A model generated the notes under the pieces. The model saw only the letters and a list, made by a program, of their open reading frames with translations, searched no databases and was not told where the DNA came from. Shown here one piece after another: positions 44,471-53,481 of a DNA stretch of 64,000 nt. A program made the translations under genes and the position numbers. Source of the DNA: Phycisphaerales bacterium (GTDB taxonomy: Bacteria > Planctomycetota > Phycisphaerae > Phycisphaerales > UBA5793); the NCBI GenBank assembly GCA_044229655.1, contig JBGASM010000002.1:160844-224843 (forward strand). The letters run 5' to 3'. Position 1 is the first letter of the stretch; each line of letters opens with the position of its first letter.

Positions 44471-44574
44471 GGGTCGGTCTCTCCTCGATGCATGTCCCAG
44501 GTGCGCGCTGAGCCTGCCGCACGGGTCCACAGAATAGATGTGCAAATGTCCATCGGCAACGCAGGCGCGGCGAT

Positions 44575-45036
44575 TCACCCCGCGACTTCAAAAACCCCTT
44601 CAACTTCCACCGTGGCCCCCAGCGGCAGCACATTGGTCCCTACCGCCGCCCGCGCATGCCGGCCCGCCTCGCCGAATACCTCGACCATGAGTTCGCTGGC
44701 CCCGTTCGCGACGCCCGGCTGCCCCGTGAATTCAGGTGTCGAAGCGACAAACACCCCCAGCCGTACGACTCGCTTGACGCGGTCCAGGTCTCCGGTCGCG
44801 CTGTTGAGCACCGCCAGCAGATTCAGCGCGCACATTCGTGCCGCAGCCTTCGCCTTGTCAGGCGGCACTTCCGTCGGCGTCGGGCCCGCGCAGATCAGTT
44901 TCCCCTGGGCCATTGGAATCTGCCCGCTGATGAAGACCAGGTTTCCCGTCCGGACAAATGGAACATACGCGGCCACCGGCGCCGGCGCTTGTGGCAGTTC
45001 CAGCCCAAGTTCTGCAAGACGTTTGGCAATCGACAT
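44575..45036 (-). CDS. RidA/YjgF family protein
   Basis: [18 protein letters not shown], then RVVRLGVFV... and [23 protein letters not shown]. Start moved to the ATG at 45036. The stop overlaps the ferredoxin track ORF only if the ferredoxin long start is used. Confidence 0.85.
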   Translation of the reverse strand: MSIAKRLAELGLELPQAPAPVAAYVPFVRTGNLVFISGQIPMAQGKLICAGPTPTEVPPDKAKAAARMCALNLLAVLNSATGDLDRVKRVVRLGVFVASTPEFTGQPGVANGASELMVEVFGEAGRHARAAVGTNVLPLGATVEVEGVFEVAG

Positions 45037-45233
45037 CAGACGTGCTTTCCTGAATGGATGGTGAACGATTCCGCCCGTTGACCCCCGCCTGTGCAATGCA
45101 ATTCGGCCGGCGCGCTCCAGTCCACCCGCTTGCCCCCGCATCCTGATCATATTTGATCGCTCTGCATCGCTCCGTCGTTCGTACCCTATTGAGATCAATG
45201 GTCGGCCCCATCGCTCCATCCTCCCCTCCGTCA

Positions 45234-46979
45234 ATGCGGCGCGCTCATGTGTTCCTGCGTGGCGCGGCGGCGGGACTGTTCCACGTCGTCCTGCTGGGCC
45301 TCGCCTTCGCGCCCACAGACCTCTGGCCCCTCACCTTCCTCGCCCTTCTCCCGCAGTTGTGGATCGCCCCGTCGTGCCGTGCGAACTTTCGCTGGATTGC
45401 CGCGGGCGCCTGGCTTGGCGCCGCCGTCGCCTGGCTCTGGTTCTCGCGCTGGCTGATCAACGTCACCGTCGAGGGCTACCCCCTCCTCGCCCTCTACCTG
45501 GCTTCATATGTCCCTCTCTTCCTCTGGCTCCTGGCCCGCGCGCCGCGCCTGACGCTCTTCTCGCGCATCCCCCGCGCCATCCTCATCCCCATCCTTTGGG
45601 TCGGTCTTGAGGTCCTCCGCGGAGAAGTGGTCTTCACCGGGTACGCCTGGTTTCTGCTGGCCCATCCGCTCGTGCACTTTCCCGCACTGGCCCAGTCCGC
45701 CGACATCCTCGGCGCGTACTGGCTCTCTGGTCTGGTTGCCGCATCTTCCGTCGTGGCCTGGGATGCTGTCTCCGCCCCTCAACCGGTCGGTACGAACCCT
45801 TCCGCACGCCGGTGGATTGCTCCGTCTCTCTTGGTCCTGCTCTGGATTGCCCTCTTTGTCTATGGACAACGCGCGCTCCGCCTCACTCCGCTTCCCGGTT
45901 CGGCTAACTCAATCACAGTCTGCGCTCTGCAGACCAACCTCCCGCAGGACAACAAGATCGGTTGGAAAATCGAGGATCAGGAGCGCGACTTTGCGTCCTT
46001 CGTGGATGCGACCCGCGCCAGCCTGGCCCGCTCCGCCGAAAAACCAGACCTCATGGTCTGGCCGGAAACCATGGTTCCCGGCCTCGGCTTGAATCCCGAG
46101 GCCATCGCCGAAATCAGGCGCTTCGAACGCGAGGTTGGCGACCGCCTGCGCCCCGGAACAACCTTTCACGAGCGGCTCCTCAGTCTCGCTCAGGAGACGC
46201 TCACGCCCCTGCTGGTCGGTGCCACTGCCGCGCCGGATCTCGCCCTCTCTCTTCGCGACCGTACGACTGGGCGCATCGAAGTCAGCGGGACCCTTCGCTA
46301 CAACTCCGCGTTCCTCTACCTGCCCGGAAACGCTGCAGGTCTCCAGTCTCCCGTCCGGTACGACAAGGTGCATCTCACGCCCTTTGGAGAGATGATTCCG
46401 CTGCTTCGCCGCTGGCCCGCGCTCCAGCAGTTTGTGCTCGATATCGGCGCCCACGGCATGTCATTCGACCTGTCCATCGGCGCCGACCTCCGCACCCTCG
46501 AAGTCCCGCTTCGCTCTGGAAGTGCTCTGCGTGTCGGCACGCCGATCTGTTTCGAGTCAACCGTCTCCGGTCTCTGCCGCGCCTTGGTCGTCGCGCCCGA
46601 TGGACGCAAACGCGCCGATGTTTTGATCAACCTGACCAACGACGGTTGGTTCGGCCTCGACCCCGGAGGCCGCGCCCAGCATCTTCAGATTTCTCAGTGG
46701 CGCGCCATCGAAAACCGCGTCCCCGTCGTTCGCGCCGCCAACACCGGCATCAGCGCGCTGATCGACTCTGCGGGGCGCATACTCGTCCGCGGGCCCAATG
46801 AACCCGCCGTGGCCGAAGGTGACGGCGCCCGAGCCTTTGGCATGTTGCGCGGACAGGTTGCCCTTGATGGGCGCACCCCGCTCTTCGCGCGCATTGGTAA
46901 TGTCTTCGGCTGGACCTGCCTTGCACTCACCGCCGCGTACGCTTTACTCGCGCTTTTCTTCGGGAGACAACGGACATGA
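45234..46979 (+). CDS. lnt: apolipoprotein N-acyltransferase
   Basis: The N-terminal half is polytopic and the C-terminal half is a CN-hydrolase domain: VVWPET, ICFEST (catalytic Cys context), NLTNDGWFG and ENRVPVVRAANTGISALID. The start is ambiguous (45153, 45198 or 45234). Confidence 0.85.
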   Translation: MRRAHVFLRGAAAGLFHVVLLGLAFAPTDLWPLTFLALLPQLWIAPSCRANFRWIAAGAWLGAAVAWLWFSRWLINVTVEGYPLLALYLASYVPLFLWLLARAPRLTLFSRIPRAILIPILWVGLEVLRGEVVFTGYAWFLLAHPLVHFPALAQSADILGAYWLSGLVAASSVVAWDAVSAPQPVGTNPSARRWIAPSLLVLLWIALFVYGQRALRLTPLPGSANSITVCALQTNLPQDNKIGWKIEDQERDFASFVDATRASLARSAEKPDLMVWPETMVPGLGLNPEAIAEIRRFEREVGDRLRPGTTFHERLLSLAQETLTPLLVGATAAPDLALSLRDRTTGRIEVSGTLRYNSAFLYLPGNAAGLQSPVRYDKVHLTPFGEMIPLLRRWPALQQFVLDIGAHGMSFDLSIGADLRTLEVPLRSGSALRVGTPICFESTVSGLCRALVVAPDGRKRADVLINLTNDGWFGLDPGGRAQHLQISQWRAIENRVPVVRAANTGISALIDSAGRILVRGPNEPAVAEGDGARAFGMLRGQVALDGRTPLFARIGNVFGWTCLALTAAYALLALFFGRQRT

Positions 46980-48037
46980 AACTCGCTTCGTTCGGCGCTT
47001 GCGTTCTTTCCGTAGCCTTGATCGGCTGCACCGGCGGTGGCTCATCTGTCACCGCGCCAGAGGGGGGCGCTTCGGTTGACCGCGCCCCCGCCCTTCCCGC
47101 CCTAACCGCTGATGATCGCGCCGCCCTGCGCGCTGAAGCCCTGTCCTACCTCCAGAAAATGGCCGCCGATCCCTACGCCGGCTATCGCGCCAACGCCATC
47201 GAAGCCCTGCAGGCCGACCCGGCCGCAGGCGAGGCCGCCGCCCGTCAGGGCATTCTCGATCCCAACCTCGGCGTCCGCTTCGTGTCTGCCATGGCCATCG
47301 GTCAGCACTCGTACTCCGCTGCCGCCCCTCTCACTCACGCCCTGCTGAACGACCCCGATGAATCCGTCCGCGCCGCCGCCATCCTCGCCCTCAAGCGCAA
47401 CGGCTTCGATGCCAACATGGGCCCGCTCGCCGAAATGCTCAAGAGCCCTTCCATCCGCGCCCGCGCCAATGCCGCACTCGTCCTCGGCGAGCTCGGCGAT
47501 ACCAGCGCCGTTCCAATGCTGCAGGAAGCCCTCGGCTACCCCAATCCCCGCGCCACCCTTGCCGAGCTCCATCTCGTTGAACTCCAGATTGCCGAAGCCA
47601 TGGTCAAACTCGGCGCCGATGACGCCCTCGACCGCATCCGCACCCAACTCTACAGCCGCGATCCCGCCCGCGGCGAAGTCGTTGTGCTCGCCGTCAACAT
47701 CCTCGGCCGGCTCAAGGATCAGCAGTCCAAGGGCGAATTCGTCAAGCTCGTGGCCATGTGGAAAAAGTATCGCAACTCCGCCGAGGTCCGCCTCGCCGCT
47801 CTGACCGCCCTCAGCCAATTGGGTGACCCGCCCACGCCCGACATGATCCTCGAGTACCTCGATCCCGCCTCCGCCTCGCAGTATCCCGTTGGGGTCCGCG
47901 TTCAGGCTGTCAACGCTCTCGGCTCAATCGGCACCCCCGAGGCCCTCGCCCACGTCGCCTCTACCTTCCGCACCTCTCGCGAAGAGTTCGTCCGCATCCA
48001 GGCCGCCGCATGGGTCCTGCGCCTCACCGGCCCTTGA
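46976..48037 (+). CDS. HEAT-repeat lipoprotein
   Basis: Lipobox VALIGC. Repeated D.....VR..AA.AL..LGD..A.P.L segments are typical of HEAT_2/PBS-lyase-type repeats. The ATG overlaps the lnt stop (ATGA). Confidence 0.7.
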   Translation: MKLASFGACVLSVALIGCTGGGSSVTAPEGGASVDRAPALPALTADDRAALRAEALSYLQKMAADPYAGYRANAIEALQADPAAGEAAARQGILDPNLGVRFVSAMAIGQHSYSAAAPLTHALLNDPDESVRAAAILALKRNGFDANMGPLAEMLKSPSIRARANAALVLGELGDTSAVPMLQEALGYPNPRATLAELHLVELQIAEAMVKLGADDALDRIRTQLYSRDPARGEVVVLAVNILGRLKDQQSKGEFVKLVAMWKKYRNSAEVRLAALTALSQLGDPPTPDMILEYLDPASASQYPVGVRVQAVNALGSIGTPEALAHVASTFRTSREEFVRIQAAAWVLRLTGP

Positions 48038-48130
48038 TCTCTTTCGCAAGTTTCGCCCTCCCGCCGCCTTCCGCTCCCCAACCCCTTCCTCAGAATTGGA
48101 AAAAACTCACCTCGAACCGCCCCCCGGATG

Positions 48131-48159
48131 TTGACACTTTGGGGATCGGTTGGTATGAA
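48131..48159 (+). promoter_or_regulatory. putative sigma70-type promoter with extended -10
   Basis: TTGACA (48131-48136), a 17-nt spacer, then TGgTATGAA (TG at 48151-48152, -10 hexamer at 48154-48159). It sits about 180 nt upstream of the next start codon. This is pattern match only. Confidence 0.35.
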
Positions 48160-48163
48160 ATAG

Positions 48164-48292
48164 GGCTGTGAGCGCGGCTTCCGACACGGTTTCCCGCTCC
48201 CATGCGTGTGCCGAGCAGGTGCGGATCATTCCGAAGCCCTTGGCACTGCAGAAAATCCGGCCTCCAACCCGCCCCGGAGGCTGGGTGCAGCC
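48164..48292 (+). other. hairpin-rich transcribed leader or candidate structured RNA (unclassified)
   Basis: Helices found by eye: closing GGCTG (48164-68) with CAGCC (48288-92); H1 GAGCG (48170-74) with CGCTC (48195-99); H2 GTGCCGAG (48208-15) with CTTGGCAC (48239-46), enclosing CGGA-TCAT-TCCG; H3 CCGGCCTCC (48257-65) with GGAGGCTGG (48277-85). I recognise no Rfam family. Confidence 0.25.
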
Positions 48293-48338
48293 GTGCTATA
48301 CGAACTGACCACGAGTTTTCCTTTCAAGGAGTCTTCGC

Positions 48339-49202
48339 TTGCATCCCCTGACCAAGATTTTCGTCGTCCTGCAGGCTCTGCTTTCTGTGCTCGTGGCCGC
48401 TCTCGTCATTCCCCTCGCCGTCAATAACAACACCTGGAAAACCCGGTGGAATGAGGCCGACGCTCGGGCCAAGGCCGCTGAAGCCGCTGCCGACCTCTCC
48501 GTTGGTATTGCCGGCCGCAGCGAAGCCGCCGCGACTCAGAAACTCCAGTCCATCGAATCTGAAAAGCAGCAGCTGCTCGCCACCCTCGCGCAGCGCCAGA
48601 CCGAGATCGTCGAACTGCGCTCTCAGCTCGCCGCTGCTCAGCAGGCCGCAGCCGCTATTTCCGCTCAGATCGAAACCCTCACCGCGACGACTCAGACTCA
48701 GGCCAACATCGTCAAGACCCAGGGCGACGAAATCACCCGCCGCCGCGATGAGTCCCTTGAACTCCATAAGAACAACATCGAGCTCCAGGACTCCCTCCGC
48801 GACACCATGACCAAGCTCGATGCCGCTCTCGAGGCCCAGAAGGTTCTCCAGGAGCAGCTCGCCTCGGTCAACGAGCAGCTCGACAGCGCCCGCTCCATGG
48901 GTTCCATGATGGCGGCCAACACCCAGACTGAAGAGCCCGCCGTCATCGCTTCGCCCATGACCGTCGGCCGCGTCCTCCGGGTGGATTCGCTCCCGTCCGG
49001 CGAGCGCTTGGTCGAGATCGACTTGGGCACTCGTGATGGCCTCGCCCAGAACATGAAGTTCCTTGTCCACCGCAATGGCGCGTTCATGGGCAATCTCTTC
49101 ATCACCTCCGTCGATGTGAACCGCGCGGTCGGCCGCGTCGATCTGGAACAGGCTGGCGGCGTTCAGGTCGGTGACCTCGTCCAGGGCGGCATCTCCAACT
49201 GA
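48339..49202 (+). CDS. hypothetical membrane-anchored coiled-coil protein with a C-terminal beta-rich domain
   Basis: The TTG start is preceded by AAGGAG at a 7-nt spacing. The N-terminal TM is IFVVLQALLSVLVAALVIPLAV. About 170 aa are Ala/Gln/Glu-rich with heptad-like character, and the C-terminal roughly 85 aa read GRVLRVD...VEIDLGTRDGL...VGDLV. Confidence 0.6.
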   Translation: MHPLTKIFVVLQALLSVLVAALVIPLAVNNNTWKTRWNEADARAKAAEAAADLSVGIAGRSEAAATQKLQSIESEKQQLLATLAQRQTEIVELRSQLAAAQQAAAAISAQIETLTATTQTQANIVKTQGDEITRRRDESLELHKNNIELQDSLRDTMTKLDAALEAQKVLQEQLASVNEQLDSARSMGSMMAANTQTEEPAVIASPMTVGRVLRVDSLPSGERLVEIDLGTRDGLAQNMKFLVHRNGAFMGNLFITSVDVNRAVGRVDLEQAGGVQVGDLVQGGISN

Positions 49203-49260
49203 CGCGCCCTCCTTTTCCCTGTCCCTCTGACTGAGAAACCCACCCGCGAGACTTTCACCC

Positions 49261-49449
49261 ATGGCTTCTAACGCTCCCGCCGCCCGTCGTGCTTCCGGCT
49301 CCGCCCCCGTCGATGTCTTCACGGGCCTCGCCGTCGCCGGTACCCTCGCTCTTCTCATCGCCGCCGGCATTCTCTGGGTCCGCGGTGGAGACATGGCCAG
49401 CCCCGCCGGGCAGTCCGGCACGTTGCCCTTCACGATCATGCAGAACTGA
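49261..49449 (+). CDS. hypothetical small membrane protein (62 aa)
   Basis: A single TM, VFTGLAVAGTLALLIAAGILWV. The third-codon-position C/G bias resembles the neighbouring genes. The gene fills the gap up to the mnmE stop. Confidence 0.4.
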   Translation: MASNAPAARRASGSAPVDVFTGLAVAGTLALLIAAGILWVRGGDMASPAGQSGTLPFTIMQN

Positions 49450-49450
49450 T

Positions 49451-50821
49451 CTACTTCCCAATGCAGAATCGCGCGAAGATTCTCCCGATGATCTCGTCGG
49501 GACTCGCGCCCCCGGAAATCAATCCCATGCTGTCCAGCGCGTTGCGCAGATGCGCCGCCGCAATCTCAGCCCCCGCGGCCAGTCCGTCGTCATCAAGGTC
49601 AGCCGCAAACTGACGGCAGGCCGCAAGGTCTTCCTCGGCTGTCGCCAGCTGCTCGCGCTGCCGCTGCGTGATCATGATCTTCCCCGCGAAACGCTGTGTG
49701 CTCTGCGCCGCCAATTTCTCCCGAATGGCGCGCAGCAGCGCGTCCAGTCCGGCCCCGCTCTGTGCACAGATGCTTTGCATGCCCGCCCCCGCTGCGGCAC
49801 ACCGACTCACAAGGTCGCTCTTGGACAGCACATGCAGCGTGCGCTCCGACTCATCTCCGCTTCCCCGCGCCTCAGCAACCTCCCCATCCGCCGCGTGCAG
49901 ATGAATGCGCAGGTCCGCCCCGCGTGTCGCTTCGCGTGCGCCGGCTTGCATGTGTACGTTGATCTCAGATTGGTCCCCGACATCGATTCCGGGAGTGTCC
50001 ATGAGCAGTGCCCGCCCGTCGAATCGGCCGCCAAGGTGAATCACCTCCGTAAGCACATCCCGCGTCGTGCCCCGCGATTCGTGCACCACCGCCCGCTCCC
50101 TGCCCAGCAGCGCGTTGAACAGTGTTGACTTCCCCGCGTTGGGGGCTCCCGTCAGCACGACTTTCGGCATTTCCCCCAGCTGCTCCGCCACCACGCCTTG
50201 GTGATTCATCTCGGACAACTCAAACATGATGCCATCCAGCCGCGCGCGGAAATCCGCTGCGCCGATGGCGCGCACATCCTCAGTGTCTGCGAAATCGATG
50301 CCCGCTTCCACCAACGCGAGCAATTCCGCCAGCCGGTCTGCGATGGACCCGACGGTGGTCACAAACGAACTGCTGCCCAGCAGTGCCGCCGCCTCCAGCA
50401 TCGCGTCAGATTCCGCGGCAATGGCCAGCGCGATCTGCTCCGCATGCGCGATCGTCATCTTGCCGTTGAGGAACGCGCGCGCGGAGAACTCCCCCGCCTC
50501 AGCCGCCCGCACGCCATAGTGACGCAACCGGTCTTCGACCCGGGACAGGATTTCGCTGTTGGCCGTAAGCGACAGCTCGATCACGTCCTCTCCGGTCAGG
50601 CTGCGCGGCCCCGGAAACAGCAACACAAAACACGGCAACCCTTCCTTGAGGATCCGCACACGCTCCACACAACCCCGCCGCGGCAGTGCCTTCCCTCCTG
50701 TCTCCGCCTGCCGCAGTCGCTCCGCCACCGCCCACGCCTCCGGTCCGCTGATGCGCAGCAACGCTCGCGCGCTGCTTCCAGCCGGTGTCGCCCGTGCGAA
50801 AATGGTGTCACCGCTCCTCAT
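49451..50821 (-). CDS. mnmE: tRNA modification GTPase MnmE
   Basis: DTIFARATPAGSSARALLRISG, the G-domain motifs GAPNAGKSTLFNAL, DTPG and SKSD, and the diagnostic C-terminal FCIGK. Start moved to the ATG at 50821. Confidence 0.9.
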   Translation of the reverse strand: MRSGDTIFARATPAGSSARALLRISGPEAWAVAERLRQAETGGKALPRRGCVERVRILKEGLPCFVLLFPGPRSLTGEDVIELSLTANSEILSRVEDRLRHYGVRAAEAGEFSARAFLNGKMTIAHAEQIALAIAAESDAMLEAAALLGSSSFVTTVGSIADRLAELLALVEAGIDFADTEDVRAIGAADFRARLDGIMFELSEMNHQGVVAEQLGEMPKVVLTGAPNAGKSTLFNALLGRERAVVHESRGTTRDVLTEVIHLGGRFDGRALLMDTPGIDVGDQSEINVHMQAGAREATRGADLRIHLHAADGEVAEARGSGDESERTLHVLSKSDLVSRCAAAGAGMQSICAQSGAGLDALLRAIREKLAAQSTQRFAGKIMITQRQREQLATAEEDLAACRQFAADLDDDGLAAGAEIAAAHLRNALDSMGLISGGASPDEIIGRIFARFCIGK

Positions 50822-50907
50822 AGTGGATCGTTTCCCGCGCTGGTGGCCGGTCAATACTGCTGCCAGCCCACTTGAATTTGCCCCGCACCCCGCGCAGTAT
50901 CCCATGT

Positions 50908-51792
50908 ATGCATCTTCGCGACATCCTCGCTCAAGGCGCCCCCAGTGTGTCTTTTGAGTTCTTCCCGCCCAAGAGCGATGGTGCTGCTCACGAACTCCAT
51001 GCTGCCGCTGAGCAACTCCGGCCCCTGGCTCCCTCCTTCATCTCCGTGACCTATGGAGCCGGCGGATCGACTCGCGATCGCACGCGCGACCTCGTGCTCA
51101 GCCTTCACGCCCAGGGATGGGTCACCATCATCCCCCATCTCACCTGCGTGGGTCACTCCCGCGCCGAACTCGAGGAGATCCTTGCGACCTACGTCCGCGC
51201 CGGCATTCGCAACGTCCTCGCCCTGCGCGGCGATGTGCCGCCCGGCACGGCCCCGACCACCGGGGCTTTTCGATACGCATCTGAACTCGTCGCCTTTATC
51301 CGGGAGTCTTTCCCCGGCCTTGGAATCGGTGTCGCCGGGTATCCCGAGGGCCACCCTGAAACCCTTGATCGCCTCGCCGATGTCGACAATCTCAAGCGCA
51401 AGGTGGATGCCGGCGCCGATGCCGTCATCACGCAGCTCTTCTTCGACAACCGTGACTTCTACGACTTCCGAGAGCGCTGCGAACTCTCCGGAGTCTCCGT
51501 GCCCATCGTCGCAGGCATCATGCCGATTCAGACCCTTTCCGGCGCCCGTCGCATGGCCGGCCTCTGCGGAGCGCGCCTCCCCGCACCCCTCTTGCGCGCC
51601 ATCCGTCGCGCCCAGGACGATCCCCAGGCTGTCGCCCATGTGGGGGCTCACTGGGCCACCGAGCAGTGCCGCGATCTCCTCGATCATCAGGTGCGCGGGA
51701 TTCACCTCTTCACCCTGAATCGCTCGGACGCCACGCGCCGAATCTATGAGAGTCTTGGCGTGCGCTCTTCTGCGGCCCTCCGCGCCCTGTGA
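50908..51792 (+). CDS. metF: methylenetetrahydrofolate reductase
   Basis: VSFEFFPPKS, FISVTYGAGGSTRDRT, NVLALRGD and AVITQLFFD. Start moved to the ATG at 50908. Confidence 0.9.
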   Translation: MHLRDILAQGAPSVSFEFFPPKSDGAAHELHAAAEQLRPLAPSFISVTYGAGGSTRDRTRDLVLSLHAQGWVTIIPHLTCVGHSRAELEEILATYVRAGIRNVLALRGDVPPGTAPTTGAFRYASELVAFIRESFPGLGIGVAGYPEGHPETLDRLADVDNLKRKVDAGADAVITQLFFDNRDFYDFRERCELSGVSVPIVAGIMPIQTLSGARRMAGLCGARLPAPLLRAIRRAQDDPQAVAHVGAHWATEQCRDLLDHQVRGIHLFTLNRSDATRRIYESLGVRSSAALRAL

Positions 51793-51899
51793 CCAGCGCT
51801 CGCGGTCTGCCGGAAATCCGCCGTCTCCGGAATACTCTTCTGCCCGTTCGCCTTCAGTCCCGGCGCTCCCGTGCGCCGCTTTCCGGAGCGTTGTGCCGC

Positions 51900-53387
51900 A
51901 TGTCAGTCATCGCACCAGTTCTTCGGCAACTGCTCGCTCACCCGATGCGCACGTTCATCATCGATGACCAGCGCTCCTGGCAGGGATATCAACTCCTTCT
52001 CGGGGCGATGCGCATCGCCGGCGAACTCGAGCGCGCCACCGATGCTCGCAACGTCGGCATCCTCCTTCCCACCGGCGGGCTCTTTCCCATGGCCGCGCTG
52101 GCCGCTTGGTCCCTCGGCCGCACCGTCATTCCCTTCAACTACCTCCTCAAGGGCGAAGACCTTCAGTACGTCATCGATCATTCTGAGGTTGACACCATAA
52201 TCACCGTCGGCCCGATGCTCGATCACCTGCGCCAGACCAACGGCTCCATCCCCCGCGTCCGCCGCTTTCTCCGCCTCGATGAAATCGACTTCAAATCTGG
52301 CCTCGAGTTCCGCTGGCCACTCCCAGTGAATGAGGATCGCGATCTCGCTGTCATCCTCTATACCTCAGGCACCAGCGGCAAGCCCAAGGGTGTGATGCTC
52401 AGCCACACCAACGTGCGGACCAATATCCGGCAGGCCACTTCGTGGGCCAACTTCAGTGCGGCTGACTCCGCCATCGGCGTTCTCCCGCAGTTCCATGTCT
52501 TTGGTCTGGTTGTCCTCACGCTTCTGCCCCTCACCATTGGGTGCAAGGTGATTTTCACCGCCCGCTTTGTCCCCCGTCGCATCGTCGAGCTGATCCGCAA
52601 GCATCGCCCCACTGTGATGTTCGCCATTCCCTCCATGTACCACGCCTTCCTCTCTGTGAAGGATGCCCGCCCGGACGACTTCAGTTCCCTTCGGTACATC
52701 GTCTCAGGCGCTGAACCTCTCCCCGACGCGCTCACCGCTGGCTTCCGCTCCCGCTTTGGTGTTCAGATCAACGAGGGATACGGCATGACGGAAACCAGTT
52801 GCGTCACCCACTGGTGCCGCCCCGAGGAGCACCGCGATCACTCCGTCGGCAAAACTCTGCCTTGGATGACCACCCGGATTGTCTCACCGGAGGAAGTCGA
52901 CTTGCCCCCCGGCCAGGATGGGGAGATCCGCGTCAGCGGCCCCAACATCATGCAGGGCTACTACAAGCGGCCCGAGGAAACCGCCGCGACGTTCGATGCG
53001 CGCGGGTTTCTCCGTACCGGCGACATCGGCCGTCTGGATGAGGATGGGTTTCTCTACATCACCGGCCGCCTCAAGGAGATGATGATCATCGGCGGCGAAA
53101 ATGTCTTCCCCCGCGAGATCGAGGAAGTCATCAATAAACACCCTGCGGTCGGCGCCTCAGCCGTGGTCGGCGCCCGTGATCCCAGTCGTGGCGAGGTGCC
53201 CGTCGCCTTTGTCGAGATGAAGGAAGGCTGCCCCTTCGATGAAACCGGCATCCGCAGCCACTGCCGGTCGTTCCTCGCCCAGTACAAGGTCCCCCGCGAG
53301 ATCATCCACGTCGATGCGCTCCCTCGTACGCCTACCGGCAAGATCCTGCGCCGCCTCCTCAAGGAACGCGTCCCCGGCGCGTTTTGA
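51900..53387 (+). CDS. AMP-dependent acyl-CoA synthetase/ligase (long-chain fatty acid--CoA ligase-like)
   Basis: ILYTSGTSGKPKGVMLSH (AMP-binding P-loop), EGYGMTE, TGDIGRLDEDGFLYITGRLKE and PRTPTGKILRR. The start is ambiguous: the track GTG at 51789 overlaps the metF stop, and I chose the ATG at 51900. Confidence 0.85.
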   Translation: MSVIAPVLRQLLAHPMRTFIIDDQRSWQGYQLLLGAMRIAGELERATDARNVGILLPTGGLFPMAALAAWSLGRTVIPFNYLLKGEDLQYVIDHSEVDTIITVGPMLDHLRQTNGSIPRVRRFLRLDEIDFKSGLEFRWPLPVNEDRDLAVILYTSGTSGKPKGVMLSHTNVRTNIRQATSWANFSAADSAIGVLPQFHVFGLVVLTLLPLTIGCKVIFTARFVPRRIVELIRKHRPTVMFAIPSMYHAFLSVKDARPDDFSSLRYIVSGAEPLPDALTAGFRSRFGVQINEGYGMTETSCVTHWCRPEEHRDHSVGKTLPWMTTRIVSPEEVDLPPGQDGEIRVSGPNIMQGYYKRPEETAATFDARGFLRTGDIGRLDEDGFLYITGRLKEMMIIGGENVFPREIEEVINKHPAVGASAVVGARDPSRGEVPVAFVEMKEGCPFDETGIRSHCRSFLAQYKVPREIIHVDALPRTPTGKILRRLLKERVPGAF

Positions 53388-53419
53388 CCGCGTGCGGTTG
53401 CGCTCACTCCAAAAACAAA

Positions 53420-53445
53420 TCGGGCCCGGCATGCGCCGAGCCCGA
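53420..53445. terminator. GC-rich hairpin between convergent genes (likely bidirectional terminator)
   Basis: TCGGGCCCGGC-ATGC-GCCGAGCCCGA forms 10 of 11 possible pairs with a 4-nt loop, flanked by A-rich sequence on the 5' side (AAAAACAAA). It lies between the acyl-CoA ligase stop at 53387 and the DUF1579 stop at 53482. Confidence 0.5.
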
Positions 53446-53481
53446 CCTGCATTGATTTGATCGAGTCTCTTGCCCGCACGC

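Noticed and set aside
48164-48292. Calling the structured leader a 6S RNA (ssrS), SRP RNA or another named ncRNA
   Set aside because: I could not find the SRP domain IV motif, tmRNA or RNase P conserved regions, or a convincing 6S central bubble. It is reported only as an unclassified candidate structure with low confidence.
48324-49439. 371-aa minus-strand ORF competing with the 48339..49202 plus-strand coiled-coil gene
   Set aside because: I considered it because neither strand has a known family. The plus-strand ORF has an AAGGAG RBS at correct spacing, an N-terminal TM helix, a heptad-like coiled coil and third-position GC bias. The minus-strand product is Gly/Ala/Glu/Asp/Leu low-complexity and would run across the separate 49261..49449 ORF and the intergenic spacer.
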